A stretch of 56,156 nucleotides of DNA, counting the filler, from Sphacelaria rigidula (lineage: Eukaryota): the NCBI GenBank assembly GCA_964200075.2. It is 4 parts of 4 records of this genome, joined end to end, with 100 filler letters (N's around TTAATTAATTAA, not from the genome) between each part and the next. Parts side by side here need not be neighbours in the genome. Positions count along the whole stretch, not along the records: positions 1 to 13,967 come from CAXNAA020002544.1; positions 14,068 to 28,031 come from CAXNAA020002545.1; 2 more parts are not named here. The stretch is one strand, 5' to 3'. The position numbers and the translations under genes were made by a program. Position 1 is the stretch's first letter; each line of letters begins with the position of its first letter. Positions 10,900-22,095 of this stretch are shown here, piece by piece. Below the pieces are notes generated by a model, which had not been told where the DNA came from, searched no databases, and saw only the letters and a list, made by a program, of their open reading frames with translations.

Positions 10900-12274
10900 A
10901 TTCAGAGTGGAAGGAAAAAAAGCCGGTAAAAGTGCACTTTCTGCTATGAAGTTGTTTTCAGAGCGAGGTTTTCAGAGTACGTGTGCCATTTGCGCCCCTT
11001 CACTCTGAAAACCGTTGTTCCTCTTCAGAGTTCATAGCGAAAAGAAAAATAACCACGCCCACCTTTACCACCATGGTCACGTCCAGCCCAAAGCGAATAC
11101 ACCCTAACAAGCAAAGTGAGGCATTCATTATCCAACACCACTGCCATATTCATCACAAGGCCATTCACGAAGTAGAAAAGCTTGGCATCGTAATCAGAAG
11201 ACCTTCCTGACGCCGCCGTGGTATCAGCATTCGCTTGATTGTGTTGCGTGAAATTTCAAATGCTCGACGGGTACACGTTGCATTGGGTGCAGTTCCTCAC
11301 TCTTGTCAGCTTCAGCTGGAAGAAGATGGTGTGAACGATTTGTAGTCTACAGCGCACAACAAGCAGTACTGCTGCACCTGGCTGTATTTCCATCCTGTGA
11401 GAGATCATAACGTCTTGCACCACCGTTATGGGTGACATGTGAAAAAATCATTTCAATGCAGCCGACGTCGTTTGTTTGAAAGTGCTGCGTACCGCACTGT
11501 CTGTACTACTGTTTGTAAAACTGACTCTCTGTACACTATCGCTGTACAGTAGTTCACAGCATCGCAATTCACTGCTGTCGGGTTCTGTATTGCACTCTCT
11601 GTACTGCAATCTACTCCACGCTGCACAGCACTACAGCACTACAGCACTGCAGCACTGCAGTGTCCTGTAGTGCGCCGTAGTGGATTGAAGTACTGCAGGT
11701 GCAGTGAAAAAGCGTAGTGTATGGTGCGTACGGTGCCGCAGTGTACGGTACAGTCAGTGTTGTGCCGGCCTATGTACTTTCGAAGCGGACGCTGGTGGAT
11801 CGTACATTTAGCGGGGCAACGTGCGGTCAATCACTGCGACCAAACAAAATCACGTCAAGCCACGTCACATCACCTTCTGCTATGAACGTTTTAACGTCCA
11901 CTGTGAAGTTTCGAAGCTTGCACTCTGCACTCTGACCCTGACTCTATGATAAAAATAAAGGGCAAACGTCACAGTAGGGTATACCATGGTGCATTAGCGA
12001 AAAACCTGGGTACCCTCTTTGTTTGGAGGAAAAATGAGCGCAGCTGATTGGCCAACGACCATTTTCACCCGACGGCGGCGGTAGACGACCGCGGTGTACC
12101 CTGCTGTGACTACGTTTCTCCCAATTGTACCCTTGTTTTTGGAAATTGTACCCACATGTGACGGGGAATCAGTCTCTTTCATCCGCCTTCTTTCCTTTCT
12201 GAGGCCGTTACTTATGTCGTTTTTCTGTTCCTTTCTTTCTTTATTGAATTTTTTTATTTTTCTGTTCTATTTTT

Positions 12275-12354
12275 GCTGCTCCTGACAACGGGCTGGATTG
12301 TTGCAATCAGCTAATGTGAGATAATCGATCAATCACTCAATCAATCAATCAATC
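12275..12354 (+). repeat. Retroposon-like 3' end with (CAAT)n tail; second copy at about 37985-38037
   Basis: gctgctcctgacaacgggctggattgttgcaatcagctaatgtgagataatc is nearly identical at both sites, which lie on different contigs. Confidence 0.7.
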
Positions 12355-12788
12355 GGTCATCTCCGACGCAACAATCGCTTCCCGCTCCCAACAAAGGGCC
12401 CCAAAATACAGATCTTACCGCTGCAAACAACCATGTAGCCAGTGCAGAATATCGTGACCACGGATCTTCCATCGGCCACTTTGGACGAAGGAGCCACTTC
12501 CCCCTCCCAGCGAAGGGCCCCAACATACAGATCTTACCGTTGCGAACAACCGCAGCACCCCGCTCAATGCCATTGGCACGGTTCTTCCGCCCCCCTCTCC
12601 ACACACCACATATCACATACTGCACCCGCTGCTTGCTGTACACAGCTTGCTGTACACAGCTTGCTGTACACAGCACTGTATGTAGTAAGGAGGGGTGATG
12701 TCCACGGGGCATTTACGGTATTGCGTCGTGTGTCCTGCTGCGATAGTACTACTACTGCTGCACACGCTGTTACGTAGAGTATCATTAA

Positions 12789-13900
12789 GGAGTGATGTGT
12801 GTAAAACGCTTCGCTATACGTAGCTGTATATTTTCAGAGAGGTATATAGACTGCAGTGCTTGCTGTGACAACAGCAGGTCTTTTTTTACTACTACTGTTC
12901 TCCCTGTATGATGGCCCCTTTGTTGAGGATTGTCCACGATAGGTGACCGCCGGAGGTTCATGAGCCCTCGTCTCTCCGCAGACAGCGCCCGGGAGAGGTT
13001 GACAGTGAAGTGTACATGAGCACCGGAGTGAGGCGGGAGGCGAGGGAGTAGCCTCGCACCTTGCCTCGGAGAAAACGACAGCCCAGAAACCAGTAAAGCA
13101 CATAGAATGTGATGATGGTATTGGGTGTAACACCCTTGACTTCAGAGCTACACATAGGACCGTAACTCCAAGAAGGCTTACAGACATCGGTGTAGCCGAC
13201 AACCCGAGGAATCGTTCTCGTGGCTAGAACTCTCCTATGGACAGATTCAAGAAGTACGGTGGGTTCTGGACAGAACCATAAAGCATGTCGGGTTCGCAGG
13301 ACTGGGACTGACAGTGTTGTCGAGTACGAGATACCTAAAGAATACTATTAGGGTGGCATGGAATGAAAACATCAATAACAACATACGGAGACGTACTAAT
13401 ATCAAGCAGAAGAAGGCAGGGTGCTTCCGCCTGGAGTCGTGCGCCTTCATACGGCTCGCGGACAAACAACGCACGCATATCCCTTTGTGCGTGTCGGTAA
13501 TTGTAACAACTGCTGTATCCCTTCCCGAAAATAATTCGGGTGCAAATGACCATGTAGATCTAGGATATCTGAGGCCTGATCGCTTGAAAGAGAGAACAAG
13601 TTGACCGCAGGACGATTCCCATGTGCCTGGGGTCCGCGTACCTGGGGTGCAACGCAGAAAACCAAGCCCAAGGATTGATTCGTATGGTAAGAATCAAGTA
13701 CACTAAAAGCAACTAATTTTCAGGCTGATGAACCTCCGGCGGTCACCTATCGTGGACAATCCTCAACAAAGGGGCCATCATACAGGGAGAACGGTAGTAG
13801 TAAAAAAAGACCTGCTGTTGTCACAGCAAACACTGCAGTCTATATACCTCTCTGAAAATATACAGCTACGTATAGCGAACCGTTTTACACACATCACTCC
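12789..13900. mobile_element. Kolobok-like non-autonomous DNA transposon (1112 bp)
   Basis: 173-bp near-identical TIRs (12789-12961 and 13728-13900) with GG...CC termini. TTAA at 12785-12788 and 13901-13904. TTAA target plus RR...YY ends is the Kolobok signature. Internal open frame at 13158-13604. Confidence 0.8.
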
Positions 13901-13904
13901 TTAA

Positions 13905-13967
13905 CCCTTTGGGAACTAGACCCCCAGGGAGTGCTGATTTTTATTTTGGTGAATCGGCATCATTTTC
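13905..13967. mobile_element. Terminus of a piggyBac-like element, cut by the contig end
   Basis: TTAA|CCCTTTGGGAACT matches the TIR of the element at 39166 (TTAA|CCCTTTTGGAACT). Confidence 0.55.
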
Positions 13968-14067
13968 NNNNNNNNNNNNNNNNNNNNNNNNNNNNNNNNN
14001 NNNNNNNNNNNTTAATTAATTAANNNNNNNNNNNNNNNNNNNNNNNNNNNNNNNNNNNNNNNNNNNN
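13968..14067. other. Artificial contig spacer (N44-TTAATTAATTAA-N44)
   Basis: Exactly 100 bp with a six-frame-stop 12-mer between two 44-N runs; identical to the other two spacers. Confidence 0.97.
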
Positions 14068-14573
14068 TACCACACTCATGCAAAAAATGACCGTCTCTGT
14101 ACAGAACCGTTTCACAAATCTGTGATACTGTACCGTCTGTACCATAAAATGGTCACCCCGATTCTGAGTACACGAATTTGAGTCCCCCCGATTTTGAATT
14201 TTTTTCGAAATCGGGGTCCAAAAAAATCGGGACTCGTTCGCCACAAAAGTGGGTCTAACAGTAGCGCTCCGAAAGGCATCGCGAACAAACAACATCGAAT
14301 TGCGAGACACAGTCTGCCGACATCCGCACTAAACGGTGTACAATATGTCGTCCCTTATTGTTTCTACAATAACTGATGATACTTTAGTGTGGCACCAGGA
14401 TTGTTGTCTGCATGGCAACGCACGTCCACACATACGAATAGTCGATTTGGTCGGTCAGGTACTGGATCTTTCACGCCTACTTCACAGATGCGTCACTGCC
14501 CCCACGGGTGCCAAAATCCAATCGGGGATAAACACATTTACTCAACCGGAGAATATCCTCAGGGCACACCCAC

Positions 14574-17500
14574 CTCGCCGATCTTCATCGTCGTTTTCCG
14601 CACTCCATCAGTGCAAAGCGAGTTGTTTGGCTCCACCGATAGCCCCTGAGCACACGATGGACAATACCGTTATTCGTACATGTCAGTCCCAACAAGAGTG
14701 CAAGAGCGTGGGTGATGGTTTTTCTTGTTCGCCTAATGTTCGAGGTTCTTCCCTGGGACGAACGCAACCAAGAACGCGAAACAAATAGAGATAAACACGT
14801 ACCATCTTGTAGCTGTCGAGTGCCTTGTGGTATTCCTTCATGAAAAACTCGATGTCTCCCTTCTTGGCCCACGCCTTGACGTAGTTACGGTCCAGCTCCA
14901 ACGCCTGTGGAGATTGATTGAGGATGAGTCAAACGAAGAAGTAGCAGTCGATGGTCCAACCATGTGGGTGACGTCGGCTGGAAGTGAGCGCTAGTATGTG
15001 GGTTATGTTGGCTTCTCAAGAACCAGCGCCTAGTAAAGGGATGATGTTTCTAGTTCAGCGCCCTCCCCACAGCATGCGCGTCACCTACAGCACCACCAGT
15101 GCGAATATGGACATGTTGATACACTGACTGGTATGCCGCGTACCTTGTCACACGCCGCTTTGGCGGCGTTGAAGTCGCCGATCTTGCTCAGCGCCGCTGC
15201 CAGGTTGTTGCGGTAAGCGGCGTTGGTTGGGTCGCGCTTCACCGCCTGGACACAACACACGGAAGGGCAAACAATAAAAAAACTGATCGTGCCGCGATTG
15301 AGGTCTCAGGCTCGAATACGCTCAAGAACACTACACTACTCGCTGTGTACCGACAAGAGTAATGCAATCGACACCGGCGGCCAGGAGATCAAAAGTAACC
15401 GATCATCAGATCTATGTGGTCGACAGATATCGATGACTACTCCGATACTAGAAGAACTGTCGTGAACTACCAAAAGACAAGGGACCTTATCAATCCGGTC
15501 ATATTAGATCTCCCGCGTTCACAGTAATATACGGCCCGTGATTCCATTTGCCAAAGGCTTTGCTCTCACCTCCTCGTACTCTTCTATGGCTTTTGCCCAC
15601 TGGCCCGCTCTGAAGTGTTCGTTGCCTTTCTCCTTAGCCTCCAACGCCTTCTCCGGGTTCACATATTGCGCCTGGATGTTCCATCAAGAAGGAGTGAGTG
15701 ATGTACCTTCCTGCGCCAGCAAGAACCAGCGGATCATCCAACCCCTTCCACCACCGAGCAATGCAGTTTTTCTCGATGCCAAACACAAACTGAGATCATT
15801 CCAGATCATGCTACACCTTTTTCTATTGTGCTCTTTTCAACCCGCAACTAGTGTTGTCTCGCTAGTAATATAACATAGTGTTACCCTATCCTTCATCTGC
15901 TAACATCAATATTCACCCGCAGGCTAGAGAACGGAACCCACGACAACTTACCGCACACGTCCTTCAATTTCACGATCGTATGTTGCTCCAACTCTACAGC
16001 TTTTTGAAACTCACCGCTGCCTCCTTGCGAGCTTCCAGCTGCAGGTTTTTGATGGTGCGTTCGTTTTCCTTCGTGTACATCTCCATCTGCGACGTCGATC
16101 GCAAGGTACACATGGATTCATCATTATCTCCATCAGTCTGGAGTTATATACCGCTTAGAAGAAAAGCTGGAGCTCATTGACTCCATCATTATTATTTCAT
16201 TCTTCTTATTTCCGCACATTAGCCCGACCTCTGGAACCCGTGGTCACAGACCAGGCGCTCAAATAACACAGCCACGAACGAGATCACCGACGTTTGCTTT
16301 AGCAAAAATAACCGCCTACTTGTCAACTGCGGCATCAGTTAACGCACGAGAGAAATTTAATGTCGATGAAGTGCGTTTGACATTCATCGCGACCCTAATT
16401 CCAGCCCCGATACAAGCGGCTTGACCTCAACTGTGCTCAGAATACGTCAATAAAGTCTCGTCCCTAGCGGGGCGTGAAGTAGTACAGGGCGGTGTGATTA
16501 ACTGTGGTCACAGACTGCACGATGTATATACCACGCGAAAATGATAACTACTCCCGACGCGCTCGACAAAGACGGCGTATGGGGGAGTCGAGAGAAGGTG
16601 GTATTGGTTTTTGCTTAGGGTGAGAACGACGTTTAGCCATACATCGAACAAGTTGATAATCCACTGGTAGGTTGCGACCAGTTTACAGGCCTCTGTCGCT
16701 TCATGACATGGCAATCACCTGGGCGTCTTCGAGGTAGCTGATAGCCTGCTTCTTGTCCCCCATCTTTATCGCAGCTTTGGACATGCGCACATACACTTTC
16801 CCGATATCGGCGAAACTAGCGCGGTGAGCCCGTCCCACTTCAATAGCTTTTTTGCACTGTCAAGAGTATCATCACATGGGCAAAACCAAGAAAGCGAGCA
16901 CTTTAAACGACGCTTTCACGCGCGCGGTCGGATTCCAGTAGAGGGTTTGCCAACCGCTGCACGGTAATACCCTCAATAATGGTGCACTATGTTTCATCAC
17001 ACACTTAGTGATGACTGGTCAGCGTACTTTCTGCTTGCCTTTCGCCGACGCATCACAGGGCCGCAGGTGGTGCTACGCATGTCACCAGGTGCGTACTCCT
17101 GGTACGAACACTTCGAGCTATTGACCTTATGCGACCGAGGGTATATGTGGGATATTCCCACAACGTTAAGACGCATTTCGATAAACGCAGTAGCTGACCT
17201 CTGAAATACATCCCTCGTAGTCCTTCTTCTCAAAATGCACCGCAGCTCTGTTGGAGAAGAACGACATGTTCGTGCTGTCCAGGTCGATGGCCTCCGCATA
17301 CGCCTCCAGCGCCTCGGAGAAACGCTGTCACAGTGGAGAAGAAAAATGGCAAGTCTACATATGAGCTGAGTCGTTATTCGTTTTTTCAATAGTAGCCAGC
17401 TATTGGGAAAATGGGCGTTTCAAACATGTAAGTCATGTCCATGTTCACGACCGCACGCAATTATGGCAGTAACACCAAGTACACTTTCACGCGCTCCCGT

Positions 17501-20500
17501 TCACTGGATTTGGACAACGACCGTCGTTACGTACATCATCCTTGGCGCGACATCGCACCGTCAATTCCATCATCAGCTGAACAGGGCATCGCGACCTTCC
17601 CTTGACCGTCTCAGATTTAGCCCCACCTTTGCAGAGTAGTGTTCGTTCCCCTTCTTCTTGGCGACGAGCGCAGCAGCTTTGTCGGCCTTGAGCTTTTTCC
17701 TCGCAGCAACCTCCTCTTCCGTCTCATCGGGGTCACCTTCTGACTGCATCGCGTTGAAGAAATAGCGTTGCAGACAAGCAACATGGCAGTGGCAGAATCG
17801 TGAAATGACAAGTCAATTTTCTTGCGTACACCGGCTGGGCGATTGACCTGACTGAGACTACAAGATTGAGTAATTTTTTCACCGACGCATGACAAGCGTG
17901 ACACTGACTGCACGGGTCGCATGATAATCACGGACTGTGAGTTCGACATGATGCCGGCGGTATGGACTACCCGATAGTTTACACTGGGGTCTTACCTCCT
18001 CCTCCTCCTGCGGAGTCTCGGGTTGTTTTGGCGCAGGAGGAGGGGTGCTCCTCATGGTGTCCCCGGCTTCGTCCTCGTCTCCAGCAGCCCCCCCGCCCAT
18101 TCCCTTCAAGTCGATCCCAAGAAGGAATCCGAAGACCTGTAGTCCGATGACAGATGTGGTGTACCAGCGCTCATGAACCCGGCATGTCTCAAGCATTTGC
18201 AAATTCGGTATACACATATCTGCATGTAGGTGTTTACTATTGCCACGTGAGAAATCAATCAGAGTTCTGCACGGTGCATGTTTTCACCCTCCGTGCACCA
18301 TACATCCTGAGCAAAGATCTTGATATGACGAATGCGTCCGCGCATTACCTCGGTGCTATTTCTCGTGGGGTCACCACGCAAGCAGTCACGACAAAAGACC
18401 AACAACGCCTCACCTCCATGATTCTTGGGTCCGACAGATTAGCCTGCATGTTGTTCGGATTTTGCTGCAGACTGTGGAGTTTGGCAACGAAAGATGGATC
18501 CGCCAGGTAAGGCACAAACTTGGGCTCGGCGGCGAGCTTTGCCATCATATCCGGCCCAAAAGCATTAGCTAGAGGATTGCCCACTCCCCTGTCTGCGTCG
18601 TCAAAGGTCATCGACGGCGCGCGGGTGGAAAACGGGTGGTTCAATGTCTGATGTTCGTACGAATCTGTTTGTTCGTTTGTGCTATATGGCAATCCACGAC
18701 ATGCGCAGCAAGAACTGACGCTACCATACGAAAAAGTTTCAGTCAGGAGCACCCGTAGCCACAACAAAGCAGATACGAAGACGCTGAGCGTGAATCGTCG
18801 GCGGTATAAGACAACGGAACAGTAGCATACGCTGAGCACCCTGTCCGTCCTATTCGTAGTCATCGTGAGCAATCACCAGCGGAGGCCTTGGCCGATGACT
18901 GCGCCTTCAGCACGTCCTCCAGCCCACGGCCCAATGCCTCATCACCAGGAGATGTCTTCAAACCTTCCTCGTATGCTTCAGCGGCTTCGCTGTACCTGAG
19001 GATCGGAAGGCAATGACCGGCGGGCTCGACCATCACCACTCTCACGGAGTACCGGGGTATGTGTGCGATTGTAGATCGTGGTCGCTTTCAACAACATCCT
19101 TGCAACTACTGCCGGAAAAAAATGCAAAAAAATGTAAATGGCGTGCCTCGACGGTCATCGGTATCATCGCATGCAGGCAAACCTACGCCAACCAGATTTT
19201 GCTCAAAATGTTTCGCAAGATCCATTGTGACACACAGTCTCGGATCAAAACCTCTGCAAACCGTTAAACGTATACTGTAGTGATTTTTGAGTCACTGACA
19301 CGTTTTTCTTTGGTCCCTACCTTTTCATCTTATGCAAAGCAGCACCCTTGCGAGCGTAACCTTTTGCCCATGAACCATTGACCTTGATGCACGACTCCGC
19401 ATCATCCAGCGCCTTAGGAGCGTCACCCATGCTCAGGTACGCAGCGCTATGCATCAGTGAGGAGAAGCGAACGATACGTTGGTGGGGAGCCAAGAGGAAA
19501 ATTGTAAATCATGCCCATTTCACCATTTTGCGTGTACTTTCGTCATTGATATCTTCCAGCTCAAAGTTCGGCCGCGGCGATATTAAACCGCATCATTCAG
19601 TGAAAACACGCGACTGAGAAATCAGGTCGCACATGTTCTCTCCTCTAGATAGATGGCTGTCGTATGGTGAGGGTAGCGAGCGGCGAGGACGGGAGCTGGT
19701 TGAAAATGCCGCAGTGACCCCCTGCAGCAACCCGTTTGGCCATGTAGAGAACGCCCACTGGATTCGTAGTATATCAGGTCTCTAAAAGCGCAGCAAGATG
19801 GATGTACTCCGGATACATCAAGGTAAATGTAATTTCATTTCTATTGGCCCGCATGACCTACCGACACTGGAGAAGTCTACCGGTTCTTAGACCATGATGT
19901 GGACCATGGTCGTCATGCTGCTGCTGGTGGTGACGGAATTTCATTTCTCACATCGTGTGTCCGAGTTGGATGTTTTTGAAAAATCTAGTCGGAATAGAGT
20001 AAAATGTGAAAAAAAAATGCTGCCCCAACGCTGCCGGCAGCAGCATACACGACCACGGTCCATACCACTCTCTAAAACTTGGTGGACTGCTGGTGCACTG
20101 CTACCGTGGGTGTGTCGGTAAGGCATGCAAGAAAGCTGACTGCAATTTTTGGTGAGTAGGAGGAGCTATCGGCTACGAGTTTCTGAGAAGTGACAGCGGT
20201 ACGGACATGCGGGTAGATAGGATTTGCGAAAGAAGTCAATTCGCGTGAACAAAAAAATTGCCTCCCGAATAGAGATACAGCATATCCGAATAGAGATACA
20301 GCATAAAGTTGAAACTAATGTGGGGTTTAGCAGCCCATCCAGCATCGCTTGTGCAATCCAAGCCCTGCCGTCAACCCGAAATTTTGCATCATGGAGCCTC
20401 ATGGGTAGTCTATCGAATCGTTTCACCAGTGCTGCGCTGAACTTCCTCGCCGACTATGTTCACTCCGCCGCGGGCTTAGTTTTCGAGGGGGGGTGGGACG

Positions 20501-21742
20501 CGATCGGACGTGACGGGAAACAAATGCTGGGCGAGATGCTGGAGAAACACGTTTCCTCAGCAGAGCACGAGTAAACCGACACTTTCAATAGCTGTGCGGA
20601 TGATGTTCACCTTCTGTTGGAGAAAAACACGTGATTGCTGGAATCCAGCTCAATCGCCCTGCGAGCGTGTACGACAAGCCGTGATGGGTTGACAGCGAAT
20701 AGGGGGGGGGGGGGGGGGGGGGGGGCGCCAAGAAAAAAACGAAAAAGCCAAAAAACCCAAGGGAGGAAACAAAGAAACGAGGGTGGGCCCCCCGGNNNNN
20801 NNNNNGAGGCGGGGGGGGGGGGGATAGGAGGGGGGGGGGGGGGATGGGGGGGGGGGGGGGGGGGGGGGGGGCGTTCGCTCAGGAAACATTCAGAAGGCGT
20901 AAGAACCGCAGGGATGAACAATCGAATCGCAGGTTAGACCCGCGGTCATCAGGTGAACCAGCGTGAGACGTAGTGCTTGCGACATTCTGTAAGTTGTAAA
21001 CGTAGTCTCGAGACATACGAGCCGCAGCATTGTGCAATCAGGGTGGATAGCAGGCTGGTTTGTCGCGGACAAGCATCGCGTTGCAAACTTGACTTCTCAA
21101 ACCACTCACTTGGTGTACATAGAAACAGCCTCTGCATAGTTTCCGGCAGTGAGTGCCGCGTTCCCCTTTGCCTTCCACTGTTGTAACGGATACAGATAAC
21201 GGGCAAGTGTGAGAGGTGTCGTAAACAATCTTTGCATTATCTCAGCCCCCGTTGCGAGCTAGCTACAACTGTCTGATCTGCACGATGAAGGCAATGGTGC
21301 TTGCTGCCCACTTGGATTACGAAGAGTATTACCTCCGAAACAAGGGGGAATCTAGAACGACAGGCTGGAGCAGAGATGAGGACCCATCTGTGGATCCAAC
21401 AGTAGTGCTGTACAACAGTACAGCAGACAAGGTACTCCGATACGTCCGGCGCAGGCTATGCTCGGCCCATGAACAACAGACACGTAACACAGACAACACA
21501 GTCAAGAAACAGTACCACTAGCATAACAAGTAAAAATGAAGTACCGCACCGTGCTGCCGTGATGCACCGTCTCTGCCGTACCGTTCAGCAGTATCATCTG
21601 TCGGTCTACTACTACAGCTGCAATGTCTTGCACCTTACGCCACAAAATCAATGGAGCAAGAAGCCAAGATGGGACATTGATTCACGATTTCCAATTTTGA
21701 TGTAGAAACTACTTCGATTTTGTTTACCTCTGCTGCTGCCAT
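14574..21742 (-). CDS. STI1: STI1/HOP Hsp70-Hsp90 organising protein (TPR1-DP1-TPR2A-TPR2B; DP2 exons lie beyond the contig end)
   Basis: 15 phase-consistent GT-AG exons: 21742-21728, 21177-21110, 20658-20611, 19446-19321, 18995-18877, 18592-18414, 18136-17996, 17743-17627, 17324-17199, 16856-16719, 16086-16015, 15671-15570, 15245-15144, 14904-14803, 14645-14574. Translation includes MAAAEWKAKGNAAL...NHVFFSNRSAAY...WAKGYARKGAAL...DPRIME...KKKGNEHY...YVNPEKALEAKEKGNEHF. Confidence 0.96.
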
Positions 21743-22095
21743 GGTGTCTACTGGTGTTGCTGCCGGAGAAGGATGAGCGTGCTGCTGCTGTATCCATGTG
21801 CTTTCGAGAACACGAAAGACCTCGACAGGTGCAGTGATACCATTTTCCAATCGTAATTCAAAATGTGTCATTTTTCATTCGGCAAATCCAAACAAGCAGG
21901 AGGACCATGCGGCAGCATATGCGTATGTGCCCTGACGCATAGCAGTAGCACCCGGAGCGTGCCTGTGCAGCCATCTACGTGGTTGAATTCTACCTGTTGA
22001 TTTTATCTCTTTTGTTGGGCTGTTCAATTCGTTCAAAAGCGAAAGAATATCTGAAGGGCAGCTTGCTGGTCCTTGGTGTTCGCAACCAGAGCACC
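21743..22095. promoter_or_regulatory. Short divergent (probably bidirectional) promoter/5'UTR region
   Basis: Only 353 bp separate the STI1 ATG (21742, minus) from the Z-ISO ATG (22096, plus). Both have CACC-ATG context. No specific promoter motif was identified. Confidence 0.6.

Noticed and set aside
12380-12680. CRISPR-like repeats (atacagatcttaccg twice, gcttgctgtacaca three times)
   Set aside because: Only 2-3 copies, no unique-spacer array, no cas genes and a eukaryotic context. These are simple tandem duplications.
14012-14023. TTAATTAATTAA palindrome recurring every 14 kb or so as a biological motif
   Set aside because: It is always centred in identical N runs, so it is a synthetic six-frame-stop linker.
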